Origin: Actinomycetota bacterium
Lineage (GTDB): Bacteria; Actinomycetota; Geothermincolia; Geothermincolales; RBG-13-55-18
Reading direction: 5' to 3'
NCBI GenBank assembly: GCA_015711955.1
Contig: MU158684.1
Coordinates: forward strand, 11,815-75,814
Length of the DNA stretch: 64,000 nt
Under the pieces are notes generated by a model that had not been told where the DNA came from, searched no databases, and worked only from the letters and a program-made list of their open reading frames with translations. A program made the position numbers and the translations under genes. Below, one piece after another: positions 8,514-18,299 of this stretch (its first letter is position 1; each line of letters starts with the position of its first letter).

Positions 8514-11226
8514 GCTCTTCCTCCCAGTGCCCTCCCCCTTCCTGCTGGCTCTGTATGGCGTCCACGATGCTGCTGTATGCCACGATGCTTCGGTCCACCA
8601 GGTCCATGGCTGAGGAGACCAGCAAAGTCAGGGACTCGTCTTCGGCGACCTCCTTGATTTGGCGGAGCAGGTCGATGACTTGCTTCATGCAGCGGACGAA
8701 ATCCCCCGCCGAATACTGGGGATAGGTGGCGGTTATGTGTTCCAGGTCCTCCCCCGAGGCCCAGTCATATGCCACGGGCACGAAACCGGTGTCCACCGGC
8801 TTGAGCAGGTCAAGGCCCTCTTCCCGCTCTAACTCCTTTATCTCCTCCTGCCGCCTCAAGGCCCAGTCTATGGACCTTTCCAGTTGGGGGGTGGGATAGG
8901 ACGCCTTCTCCCGCACTTTAGCCTTCTCACCCCTTTCCCGGGGAACGGGGCCCGATTCCCTGGACTCGTAGACGAAGATGCTCGCGAAAGCCGCCGCCTC
9001 TTCCGGTCTGAGGAGGTGGAACACCCCTTCCTCTAAGGCCTCCACCAGCAGGAGGTCGCATTCGTTGTATATCCTTCCCAAGACCATGCCCTTGGGAGTG
9101 GGGGATCCGTCCTCCAGGTAACCGAGTTTGACCAAGAGCCTCTTCACGTTCTCGAGTTTCCGGGAGGCCACCTCGCTGCGGGCTTCCATCTGGTCGTTGA
9201 TGGCGCGCACTTCCCGCCTGAGGTCCAGCACCCGGCGAAAACCGAACACGCACTCCTCCCTTTTGGGGCAAAAGTGACAGGGGTGAACCGCAAGTTGTTT
9301 TCTGGTCTCCTCTATCTCCTCTCGCATGGGAGGATGAGGTTCTTCTTCCCACCTCTCCGGCTCCGGCAGCTCCAGCTCCCTTAGGAAGCGGCGGACCTCC
9401 CGTTCCCTTATCCTCCCGCCGGGAGAGAGCAGCGAGGGAGGGAGATGGGCTATGGCTTGGGGTGGCTGGGGGAAATGTTGGTGGGTGGCCTTGAGGAAAC
9501 GGCCTCGCGAGTCCATGACGGTGAGGCGAGGGTTACCGTGTCGGTCCTCCGACAGACCGAGGACCACGGCCGCCCGCCTTTCCCCCTTGCGCTGGATGAC
9601 CACCACGTCCCCCACGGCGGTCTCTTCCATCTCCCTGTGGATAAGTTCCCTCCTTCTTTTGCGCCTCTCCTCCGCGGCTTCTTTCTCCATCTCGGAGAGC
9701 CGGCGTCTCAGCCCGAAGTATTCCTCCACGTTTCCCTCATCGCACGAGAGTTCCCTCTCGAGCTCGGCCAGACGGCTTTCCAACCTGTTGCGGGCCCTCT
9801 CCAGCCTCACCACCTCCCGATCGGCTAAGAACTGGGCGAAGCTGGAGTTGAGGAGGTGGACCGCCGTCTCGTGGTCGTAGTATCGGAGGAGGTTAACCGC
9901 CATGTTGTAGGATAGGGAAAAACTGGATGTGATGGGAAGGCTTTCCGCTTGGGCTAGCCTCCTCACCTCCTCGAAAGAGACCATGGGATTGTACAAGGTG
10001 ACCGCGTTCCCCACCTTATCGATACCCCTACGGCCCGCCCTTCCGGTGAACTGGGTGTACTCGGTGGGGGTCAGGAACTCGTGGGTCTCGCCGCTGAACT
10101 TGAAAAGGGATTCGATGACCACCGTCTTGGCCGGCATGTTTATCCCCAAAGAAAGGGTCTCGGTGGCGAACACGACTTTTATCAGGCCCTGAGCGAAAAG
10201 GTCCTCCACCAGCTCCTTGAAGAGGGGGAGAAGCCCGGCGTGATGGGAGGCGAGGCCCTTCCTCAAGGCGTCTAACCACAGGTCGAAGTTGAACACCTTC
10301 AGGTCTTGCTGCGACAGGAAGGAAACTCTTTCCAGCACCGTGTCCTCTATCACGTGCTTCTCCTCGGTGGAGGTGAGGTCCAACCCCGCTTCCATGCAAT
10401 GGCCCACGGCGGCGTCACAACCAGCTCGGCTGAAGATGAAATATATGGCGGGAAGCATCCCGGAACGCCTCAACCTGTCCACCACCTCCGCCCGACGAGG
10501 TATCAAGTGGCGGGGGCTGGGCCTCTTGCCTCCCCTTCTCCGGCTGGCCATCCTCTCCATCTCCGCCACCAGCCGGGGAGCCTTGGAGGAAAGGAGGTTC
10601 ACCATGATACCGTCCACCATGAAGAAGTGCCTTAGGGGTACCGGCCTCTCGCCGTGGAACACCGTTCTCACGTCGCCGCGCAAGGTGTTGAGCCATTCGC
10701 CGAATTCCCTGTAATTGGAGACGGTGGCCGAAAGGGCTATTATCTTGACGTCGGTGGGTAAGTGGATGATTATCTCTTCCCACACCGCCCCTCGGAAGGG
10801 ATCCATGAGATAATGACACTCGTCAAGCACCACGTATTTGAGCCCGTACAGGGACGGGGACCTTTCGTAGATCATGTTGCGCAGTACCTCGGTGGTCATG
10901 ATCACCACCGGCGCCTCGGGGTTTATGCTGTTGTCGCCGGTGAGAAGCCCCACCTTCTCGGGCCCGTATTGGGCGCGGAAATCCCTGAACTTCTGGTTGC
11001 TCAGGGCTTTCAGGGGGGTAGTGTAGTAGGTCTTCAGCCCGGACCGTTCCGCTGCCCACACGGCGAACTCCGCAACCACCGTCTTCCCGGAGCCGGTGGG
11101 GGCCACCACCAGTACCGAACGATCCTCGGACAGATGCCTGATGGCTTCGATCTGGAACGGGTCCAAGCTGAAGGGATAGCGGGAGATGAACTCCTCGACT
11201 ATGTCCGGTGTGGCCGTTTCCTTCAC
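8488..11226 (-). CDS. helY: Ski2-like DEAD/DEAH-box RNA helicase (HelY type)
   Basis: Motifs APTGSGKT, DECH, SAT and the TETLSLGINMPA / QFTGRAGRRG helicase motifs are present, with a long C-terminal Ski2/DSHCT-like region. Its 3' end overlaps the kinase gene start by 26 nt. Confidence 0.9.
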   Translation of the reverse strand: MKETATPDIVEEFISRYPFSLDPFQIEAIRHLSEDRSVLVVAPTGSGKTVVAEFAVWAAERSGLKTYYTTPLKALSNQKFRDFRAQYGPEKVGLLTGDNSINPEAPVVIMTTEVLRNMIYERSPSLYGLKYVVLDECHYLMDPFRGAVWEEIIIHLPTDVKIIALSATVSNYREFGEWLNTLRGDVRTVFHGERPVPLRHFFMVDGIMVNLLSSKAPRLVAEMERMASRRRGGKRPSPRHLIPRRAEVVDRLRRSGMLPAIYFIFSRAGCDAAVGHCMEAGLDLTSTEEKHVIEDTVLERVSFLSQQDLKVFNFDLWLDALRKGLASHHAGLLPLFKELVEDLFAQGLIKVVFATETLSLGINMPAKTVVIESLFKFSGETHEFLTPTEYTQFTGRAGRRGIDKVGNAVTLYNPMVSFEEVRRLAQAESLPITSSFSLSYNMAVNLLRYYDHETAVHLLNSSFAQFLADREVVRLERARNRLESRLAELERELSCDEGNVEEYFGLRRRLSEMEKEAAEERRKRRRELIHREMEETAVGDVVVIQRKGERRAAVVLGLSEDRHGNPRLTVMDSRGRFLKATHQHFPQPPQAIAHLPPSLLSPGGRIREREVRRFLRELELPEPERWEEEPHPPMREEIEETRKQLAVHPCHFCPKREECVFGFRRVLDLRREVRAINDQMEARSEVASRKLENVKRLLVKLGYLEDGSPTPKGMVLGRIYNECDLLLVEALEEGVFHLLRPEEAAAFASIFVYESRESGPVPRERGEKAKVREKASYPTPQLERSIDWALRRQEEIKELEREEGLDLLKPVDTGFVPVAYDWASGEDLEHITATYPQYSAGDFVRCMKQVIDLLRQIKEVAEDESLTLLVSSAMDLVDRSIVAYSSIVDAIQSQQEGGGHWEEELGEEEDAP

Positions 11227-11271
11227 GTTTATAATTCTACCAGAAGTGGAGGAGCCACAGATGAGGGAAAG

Positions 11272-12135
11272 GTGGAGAGGGAGGTGTCGGGAGACGGCCC
11301 AAGGGAAGCGGTTCCCGGTGAGGAGGGGCAGATCCTCGAATTCTTGGAGCGGGACCCCTTGCGCAATCTCCGGATCGTGTACCCCCTGCGCCGCTATGGC
11401 CTACTGAACCTGGGCTTTCCCGAGCAGGGGCTTTGTCTTGTCCTGTCAAAAAAGGGTGAGGTCGGGGGCGTGCTATTTTGGGACAACCTGGGCCTGGTGC
11501 GTTGGAGCGCACCGAGGATAGAGGCGGAGGCGCTGATGGAGGCCGCGCTGGAGAGGTGGGGGTGCCCGCAAGCCTTGGCGGGCGAGGAAGGGGAGGTGGC
11601 CCACCTTCTCGACCGCTTTCCCGAGCTCCGAAGAGAAGTGGAGCATGTCGAGGAAGAGGTGAGCATGATCCTGGAGCCCCACGCCTTCAGGGGACCTGAT
11701 GGGGGAGCGGAGCTGGCTCGCGGGGAGGATCTCCGGGAATGGATGGAACTGGAAAGAGAGATGCAGGTGGAGATCTTGGGAAGGGCCGCCAGCGCCCGCG
11801 TTCTCCGGCGCGAGGCGAGGCTCTTGCTCGGTGAGGGAAGGGCCTTCTTGGTGAGGGAGGATGGAAAGGCCGTTTCCAAGGCGGCTTTGGAGGCGGTTAC
11901 TCCCGCCGCGGACGAGTTGGGGGGAGTGTACACCCGGAAAAGTCACCGGGGAAGGGGTTACGCTCTCTCGGCTTGCGGTGCTGCCTGCGCGAGCTCGCTG
12001 AGCCGCGGCAAACGAGTGAGGTTGGAGACGCAGAGGGACAACCTGCCCGCCATTTCCCTGTACCGCCGCTTGGGATTTGTTACCATGTGGAACCACCTGG
12101 TGGTGCGCCTGAAGGGTGAAGGCCCATCCCCGTAA
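11272..12135 (+). CDS. GNAT-family N-acetyltransferase
   Basis: The C-terminal acetyl-CoA motif is RKSHRGRGYA...LETQRDNLPAISLYRRLGF. The track ORF starting at 10762 is mostly antisense to helY. A GTG at 11272 (or 11284) is the first plausible start after helY, so the start is uncertain. Confidence 0.6.
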   Translation: MEREVSGDGPREAVPGEEGQILEFLERDPLRNLRIVYPLRRYGLLNLGFPEQGLCLVLSKKGEVGGVLFWDNLGLVRWSAPRIEAEALMEAALERWGCPQALAGEEGEVAHLLDRFPELRREVEHVEEEVSMILEPHAFRGPDGGAELARGEDLREWMELEREMQVEILGRAASARVLRREARLLLGEGRAFLVREDGKAVSKAALEAVTPAADELGGVYTRKSHRGRGYALSACGAACASSLSRGKRVRLETQRDNLPAISLYRRLGFVTMWNHLVVRLKGEGPSP

Positions 12136-12250
12136 AGGGTGGCCGCTCCGCTTTTCAAGCCATGCGTCTGAGGCTGGAATCACAAGACGTGGAGGACGAG
12201 CCCCTGACGGAAGTCTTGGCGGGTAGCCTTGGTCGAGAGGAGGGTTCGAG

Positions 12251-13579
12251 TTGCGGGGAGAAAAAGGAGAATTCTGGGATCCTGAAGTGGAGCTCTTAAG
12301 CGCTGAAGAAATAAGGGGACTTCAACTTCGAAGGCTCAAAGAAACGCTCCGGCGCTGCGCAAGAAGCCCCTTTTACAGGCGCTGGTTTCGGGAAGCGGGC
12401 TTCGATCCCGAGTCCCTAAATTCCCTAGGCGGTTTGAGGGCACTGCCCCCCATGGACAAGGACACCCTGAGGAGCGTGGAGCCCTGGGAGTTCCTCACCG
12501 TGCCCCGGGAGGAGATCGTCAGGATGCACTCTTCCTCCGGTACCACCGGGAGGGCAACCGTGATATTCCATACGTGGAAGGACATACAGGCCTGGACGGA
12601 GCTGGGAGCGCGTTGCCTTTACATGACCGGGGTACGCCGCTCCGACGTATTCCAGAACATGATGGGTTACGGCCTCTTCACCGGGGGCTTGGGATTTCAC
12701 TACGCCGCCGAGAGATTGGGGGCCATGGTGATACCCTCGGGTTCTGGCAACAGCAGGCGCCAGATATACCTGATGAGGGAGTTCGGTACCACCGTGGTGC
12801 ACGTGATCCCCAGCTACGCCCTCTACTTGCTGGACGTGTTCAGCGATATGGGCCTGGACCCCCGCAAGGATACCCGCCTGCGCATAGCCTTGATAGGGGC
12901 GGAGCCGCACACGGAAGATCTCCGCCGTCGGCTGGAGGAGGCCTACGGATTAAGGGCCTTCAACTCCTACGGGCTTTCCGAGATGAGCGGTCCGGGCGTG
13001 GCTTTCGAGTGTCCTTTCCAGGACGGCATGCACGTTTGGGAAGACGCCTTCATCATGGAAGTCCTGGATCCCGACACCTTGGAACCGGTTCCGGACGGCG
13101 AGGAGGGCGAGCTGGTGTTCACCACTCTCCACCGGGAGGGCATGCCACTGCTCCGCTACCGTACCCGGGACTTGGCTTGCGCGTATCCCGGTCGCTGCCG
13201 GTGCGGAAGGTGGCATCGTCGCATCTCCCGCATCAAGGGAAGGAGCGACGACATGTTCATAGTCAAAGGGGTCAACGTCTTCCCCATGCAAGTGGAGAAG
13301 GTTTTGCTCCAGAGCATGGGAGTGGGTACCAATTACCAGATCCTTTTGGAGATGGTGGGAAACAGGGAGGAGATGAGGGTTCGAGTAGAGGTGACGGACG
13401 AGCTGTGGCGGGGGGACGTGAGGGAGCTCAAATCCCTGCAGAAGAGGATAACCGCCGCCTTGCGGGACGAGATTTTGGTGACACCGGTGGTGGAGTTGGT
13501 GGAACCCGGCTCGCTGCCGAGGAGCGAGGGCAAGGCGGTGAGGGTGGTGGACATGCGTAAGGATCTGGGAGGGGAATGA
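12251..13579 (+). CDS. paaK: Phenylacetate-CoA ligase family (PaaK/F390-synthetase-like adenylating enzyme)
   Basis: FWDPEVELLSAEE...LQLRRLKETL, SSGTTGRATV and YGLSEMSGPGVAFEC are present. TTG start at 12251 after GAGGAGGG. Confidence 0.85.
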   Translation: MRGEKGEFWDPEVELLSAEEIRGLQLRRLKETLRRCARSPFYRRWFREAGFDPESLNSLGGLRALPPMDKDTLRSVEPWEFLTVPREEIVRMHSSSGTTGRATVIFHTWKDIQAWTELGARCLYMTGVRRSDVFQNMMGYGLFTGGLGFHYAAERLGAMVIPSGSGNSRRQIYLMREFGTTVVHVIPSYALYLLDVFSDMGLDPRKDTRLRIALIGAEPHTEDLRRRLEEAYGLRAFNSYGLSEMSGPGVAFECPFQDGMHVWEDAFIMEVLDPDTLEPVPDGEEGELVFTTLHREGMPLLRYRTRDLACAYPGRCRCGRWHRRISRIKGRSDDMFIVKGVNVFPMQVEKVLLQSMGVGTNYQILLEMVGNREEMRVRVEVTDELWRGDVRELKSLQKRITAALRDEILVTPVVELVEPGSLPRSEGKAVRVVDMRKDLGGE

Positions 13580-13580
13580 G

Positions 13581-14009
13581 ATGGCCCATCAGGTGAACGT
13601 TTTTCTGGCCGACAGGCCGGGAAGGCTGGAGAGGCTGACGGGGGCGTTGGCGGACAAGGGGATAAACATCCGCGCCATAACCATCGCCGGGTCCGAAGGC
13701 TACGGGGTGGCGAAGCTGCTGGTGGACCGACCTGAGGATGCCCATTCCGTGCTCCACGAGGAAGGTTTCTCCGCCCATCTCAAGGAGGTGCTTGCGGTGT
13801 TGATGGAGGACCGTCCTGGGGGCTTGCACGCCGTGTGCGCCGCTCTGGGAGAGAAAGGCATAAACATCGAGGACGCCTACGGTTTCGTGGTGAAGGATCG
13901 GGAGACGGCGGTGCTGGTGATGGAGGTGGAGAAGATCCCCGAGGCGGAAGACGTACTCAGGGGCGCTGGCTTCCATATCCTGGAAGACCATGAACTGTAC
14001 GGCTTATGA
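13581..14009 (+). CDS. Tandem ACT-domain protein
   Basis: It has two repeats of the pattern DRPGxL...L...GINI. This protein is a common partner of PaaK-like ligases in anaerobes. Confidence 0.8.
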   Translation: MAHQVNVFLADRPGRLERLTGALADKGINIRAITIAGSEGYGVAKLLVDRPEDAHSVLHEEGFSAHLKEVLAVLMEDRPGGLHAVCAALGEKGINIEDAYGFVVKDRETAVLVMEVEKIPEAEDVLRGAGFHILEDHELYGL

Positions 14010-14334
14010 GGACCCGAGGTCGCCTGTTAGGCGGCGGCCTCCGCGATACGGTAGTTCTTGCCTGAAATCGCAACTCGTGTCGCTGGGCAAGGCCTGTTGG
14101 TGGCGTTTGTCGGGCCTTGGCTCCCCCGGTGGCCGTACTGAACGTTTTCGTTGGGGACGGCGTGGATTACATCATGCGTCCGTCCGGTTTTGGGGCCTGG
14201 GCGAACGTTCGCGAGGGGAAGCCTGCTCGGTGCGGGGAACCTCGCTCCAGGAGCGGAAATCCGCCTTGCGCGGCAAGTGAAGAGTTTCGGGGATTATAAT
14301 CGATACGGGCGCTGATTTCCGAGGAGGAGGGCTT

Positions 14335-15966
14335 GTGGACCTGGGCCGCGGCGTCCTCGAACTTCTGGCGAAGGACCTCGAGGAAGGGGTGGTACTGCTC
14401 GACCCCGCGCTCAAGGTCGTCCTGGCCAACCGGGCGGCCCTGCAGCTCGTAGGCTGCCATACAGTTGAAGAACTTGCCTCCCGACTGGAGATCCTCCTGA
14501 GCCCTCAAGCCCTGCAGCTGGCCCTTTCGGGGGTCGAGGTTCTCAACGCCCCGTGTCCGGTGCCCGGCAGGGACGGACAGCCCTTGCTTTGTTCCCTCCT
14601 TCCCCTATCGGAGGCTGGCGGCGAAGGGATGCTGGTCTTGGTCAAACCGGGCAGGGTTTTCTCCACCCCCCCTATGGAGAGCTGGCTCATGTGGGGAAGG
14701 AGATACCTGGACCAGGTGACCTACGAATTGCACGAAGGCATCTGCTACCTGGATGGGAAGGGCAGGTTAATATACGCCAACCGAGCATTCCAGGAGCTGT
14801 GCCAAAAAGAATTCCAAGAAATGGCAGGAAAACACATCGCCTCCGTGCTCAAGGTCTCAGCTCGTCCCTTTTCCCTAATGGAGATCGTCGATCGCACTTT
14901 CAAGGAGGGGACTTGGACCGGGGAACTGGAGGTGGAAAGCGGCAGTGGCCACCGGCACCTGCTTTTGACCAGCGCTCTGGTGCGAGGCGAGAACGACAAG
15001 GCTCTCGGGGTGGCGGTTTTGGCCAGGGACATAACCGAAAGGAAGCAATTGGAAATAGAAATGCAGAGGCGCAACAGAGAGTTAAGCCTGGTCTTCGACC
15101 TCATCCGCTTGGCCGCCGGTTATGGGGACCTTAGCACCACCCTCAAGAAGTCGTTGGCTCGTATCCTCGCCATCACCCGGTCGGAGGCGGGAGGGATAAT
15201 GGTCCTGGAGAGGGAGGGAGAGGTAAAAGTGGCCGCCTATCAGGGCCTTACCTATAAGAGCGCCCGGGATCTGGCCGGAAAGGAGTTGGCTAATAGGTTC
15301 TACGTGAAGATGTTGGAAGAGGGCAAGGCCATGATGATAGAGCCGCGGGAAGAAGGGCTAGTCGTTCATGGGATGCGGGGGGAGCTGGGCTCGCTGGCTA
15401 TGGCCCCGATGGTGTTCGGAAGGCTGAGGAACGGCATCCTGATCGTGGGCCACAAGGACCCTCATCACTTCCGCCCTCAGGACCTCCAGGCGCTGGTGTC
15501 TTTGGCTTCACAGTTAGGAATAGTGTTCGAGCTGGCGGGTTTGCTGGACGAACTTCGACGGAACTTGGAGGAATTGGGAAGGGAGCGGGACTTTTCCCGT
15601 TCCCTTGTGGACTCCATGCCCAGCGCCTTGGTCCTTTTGGACGAGAGGGGAAAGGTTTCTTACGTGAACCGCAGGTTCACGGAGCTTCTCGGCTATTCCT
15701 TCGAGGAGGTGAAGGGCCGCCATCTCGGGTTCCTGTTCCCCAAGGGAAGGCGCAGGAAGGCCATGCGCACCGTGATGACCCGGCAGCGGGGGGAAAGGAT
15801 TCGCGAGGAGATAGTGGTGGTGGACGCCCGCGGTGGCGAGCGAACCGTAATCCTCACCTCCACTCCCCGGCCGTACGAGGCAGGGGAGTACCGGGGAGTG
15901 ATAGTTACCATCACCGAGAAGGATGAGCCGAGCAGAAAGAAAAGGGAGGCGTCGGCCGGCACTTGA
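14335..15966 (+). CDS. Sensor protein with PAS-PAS-GAF-PAS architecture and no recognisable output domain
   Basis: It has repeated PAS-like blocks (YANRAFQELC..., YVNRRFTELLGYSFEEVKGRH) and a central GAF-like block. GTG start after GAGGAGGAGG. Confidence 0.75.
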   Translation: MDLGRGVLELLAKDLEEGVVLLDPALKVVLANRAALQLVGCHTVEELASRLEILLSPQALQLALSGVEVLNAPCPVPGRDGQPLLCSLLPLSEAGGEGMLVLVKPGRVFSTPPMESWLMWGRRYLDQVTYELHEGICYLDGKGRLIYANRAFQELCQKEFQEMAGKHIASVLKVSARPFSLMEIVDRTFKEGTWTGELEVESGSGHRHLLLTSALVRGENDKALGVAVLARDITERKQLEIEMQRRNRELSLVFDLIRLAAGYGDLSTTLKKSLARILAITRSEAGGIMVLEREGEVKVAAYQGLTYKSARDLAGKELANRFYVKMLEEGKAMMIEPREEGLVVHGMRGELGSLAMAPMVFGRLRNGILIVGHKDPHHFRPQDLQALVSLASQLGIVFELAGLLDELRRNLEELGRERDFSRSLVDSMPSALVLLDERGKVSYVNRRFTELLGYSFEEVKGRHLGFLFPKGRRRKAMRTVMTRQRGERIREEIVVVDARGGERTVILTSTPRPYEAGEYRGVIVTITEKDEPSRKKREASAGT

Positions 15967-16002
15967 GGGTCTCGATCCGCTCGTGACCTCGAGAGGAGCT
16001 TT

Positions 16003-16503
16003 TTGGCGGAAACCCTTTTGGGGATCGAACGCGGGATTTCCCACATGAAATACGGAAGACAGGTGTCGGCGGGAGGCGTCCTGTTCAGGCCATCCGCCGG
16101 CGGCGGATACGAGATAGCGTTGATAAAGCCTCGGGGTAAGAAAGCATACGCCCTTCCCAAGGGTCTGGTGGAAGAGGGCGAGGAGCCCGAGAGGGCTGCC
16201 CTCAGGGAGGTGGAGGAGGAGACGGGCATGAGGGGTGAGATCACCGACTACTTGGGATACGTGAAATATTATTATTACTCAAAGGAAGAGGACACCAGGT
16301 ATTTCAAATTGGTCCATTTTTACTTGATGCGATGGACTGGAGGGATGGACAAGGATCACGACTGGGAGGTGGAGGGAGTGGAGTGGGTGCCCCTGGAAAA
16401 GGCAGTCGGGATGATGAGTTATCGCGGCGAAAGGGAAATCGTGGAAAAGGCCGCTCAGAGGCTTCTCGACAAGCCTGAAAAGGGCGATCAAAAAAGCGGT
16501 TGA
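16003..16503 (+). CDS. NUDIX hydrolase
   Basis: The Nudix box is GLVEEGEEPERAALREVEEETG. The start is TTG at 16003 (SD GAGAGGAG) or ATG at 16045. Confidence 0.85.
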   Translation: MAETLLGIERGISHMKYGRQVSAGGVLFRPSAGGGYEIALIKPRGKKAYALPKGLVEEGEEPERAALREVEEETGMRGEITDYLGYVKYYYYSKEEDTRYFKLVHFYLMRWTGGMDKDHDWEVEGVEWVPLEKAVGMMSYRGEREIVEKAAQRLLDKPEKGDQKSG

Positions 16504-16609
16504 TCATCTACTCCTCGCCGCGTCCCTGTTGAGCCCCATCGCGTGACGGCGTCCTTTGTGCGATCTTCGTTGGCTTAATAGGTGGGCGTCACAGGATGAG
16601 AGCGTTGCC

Positions 16610-17095
16610 ATGGAATGTGACGCGTGGTTCAAAGTGATCTATACCTTGGGCACCAGCAACAGAACCCAAGGGGAGTTTATGGGGCTTCTGCGAGAGGTGA
16701 GAGCAGAATTGGTCTGTGACGTGCGTTCCTTTCCCTCCAGCTCCCGTTACCCCCACTTCGACAAGGAGAATCTGGAGTCGGCGCTGGCGGCGGGTGGTTT
16801 TCGGTACGTTTGGCTGGGAAGGGAGCTGGGAGGTTATCGCAAGGGGGGGTATTTGGCCTACATGGATACCGACGAGTTCAGGGAGGGGCTCGAGGAGCTG
16901 GAGAGGCTGGCCACCACGCGCCTCACCGTTCTCATATGTGCCGAGCGATTCCCATGGAAGTGCCACCGCCGTTTCATCTCAGCGGCGCTTGAGGAAAGGG
17001 GGTGGGATGTCATCCACATCATCGACAGTGAAAGGTTTTGGTGTGGGCCCAAGACCTCAAGGGGTCTTAAGGACGAGCCAAAACTTTTCGATTAA
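16610..17095 (+). CDS. DUF488-family protein
   Basis: IYTLGTSNRT...LVCDVRSFPSSSRYPHF...LICAERFPWKCHRRFIS matches the pattern I recall for DUF488. The start was moved to the ATG at 16610. Confidence 0.75.
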   Translation: MECDAWFKVIYTLGTSNRTQGEFMGLLREVRAELVCDVRSFPSSSRYPHFDKENLESALAAGGFRYVWLGRELGGYRKGGYLAYMDTDEFREGLEELERLATTRLTVLICAERFPWKCHRRFISAALEERGWDVIHIIDSERFWCGPKTSRGLKDEPKLFD

Positions 17096-17238
17096 GAAAT
17101 ATGGTCGGGGACCTCGGTGGATGAGGGGTTCGGTCGAAAGAACATTAACTCTTGCGGATAGGGTTGTATCCAGGGGAGGGTAGTTTCCGAACGTCGCGCG
17201 AATGAAAGAAAGCCAAGGGAGTCCATTCTTTAGCGTTT

Positions 17239-17931
17239 GTGCGTTTACCGGACCCTAAGATCAAGAGGGGGACGATTCGATTGGTCAAAGCGGACGAAGG
17301 CCCCGAGGATTTGATAAACCTGCTGGAGCAGAAGATGCCCTCCAAAAAGGACCATTGGAGAAGGGTGGCCCATTATGCCGGGATGATCGCCGAGAAGATG
17401 GGCCTGGAGGAAGGACAAAGAGAGCAGGTCATCACGGCCGCTTTATACATGGATGTGGGGATGCTTGAGGTGATGGAGAGATTGGGGTATAGCCTGGAAG
17501 AGGCGGGCGAGCTGGGGGAGGAGGAAAAAAGGATTCTGAGGCTCCATCCCCTCATGAGCGAAAGCATCCTGTCCCTTTACGGTTTTGATTCCCAAGTCCT
17601 TTCCCTGGTTCGATCCCACCACGAGTGGTGGAACGGGAAGGGTTATCCCGACGGACTCACCGAGAAGGAGATACCTCTGGGGGCGAGGATACTCGGCGTG
17701 GCCGATGCTTTTGTGGCCATGACGTCGTGGCGGAGCTACCGGGCTACCCTGGAGGCCAAGGAGGCCCTCAAGGAGATATACGCTAACGGAGGCTTACAGT
17801 TCGACCCGGGAGTGGTGAAGGCGTTCCTTTCCATAATGACCCCCAGGATATACGGGGTGGGGGGGGATGCGGAACGACGCGAGGCAATGGAGCTGTTGAG
17901 AGAGCTCACCGGACTAACGGATGAAGGTTGA
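17239..17931 (+). CDS. HD-GYP-domain protein with degenerate HD dyad (reads MD)
   Basis: HHEWWNGKGYPDGL and GARILGVADAFVAMTS are intact. The position that normally reads LLHDIGK reads LYMDVGM. The start is uncertain (GTG at 17239 or ATG at 17335). Confidence 0.8.
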   Translation: MRLPDPKIKRGTIRLVKADEGPEDLINLLEQKMPSKKDHWRRVAHYAGMIAEKMGLEEGQREQVITAALYMDVGMLEVMERLGYSLEEAGELGEEEKRILRLHPLMSESILSLYGFDSQVLSLVRSHHEWWNGKGYPDGLTEKEIPLGARILGVADAFVAMTSWRSYRATLEAKEALKEIYANGGLQFDPGVVKAFLSIMTPRIYGVGGDAERREAMELLRELTGLTDEG

Positions 17932-18299
17932 CGAGAGCCGCCCGCAGCCGACACCTTCACCCGTCCCCAACGCCATCGCTCGGGGTGATGGCGTCGTTCC
18001 GCGATGAGGTCAGGATTTGAGGATGTGGAATTCCCCGGGAGGTGGCCGCCGAAAACGTTTGACTCGGGGAACGTCCTTGAGAGGCGTTCCAGAGTAGACT
18101 CGGGCTTTGCAGGGTTGAGTGATTCGAGATCCGCCCCTCTTTCGTCCCCGCCATGGGACCGTGTGACCGCGGTATCGCAAAAATCGGCCTGTGCCGAGTT
18201 CCCTTCGTGGAATCCATTACCTCGCTGTGTTATCTTTATGGGCACGACCGCGGGTTTTCTCGGTGATGCAGTCAAAGGATGAAAGTGGAAAGGGGAAGT

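Noticed and set aside
10762-11271. 5' extension of the GNAT ORF (track start at 10762)
   Set aside because: This part is antisense to the N-terminal helicase core of helY. The GNAT gene most plausibly starts after helY ends, at GTG 11272 or 11284.
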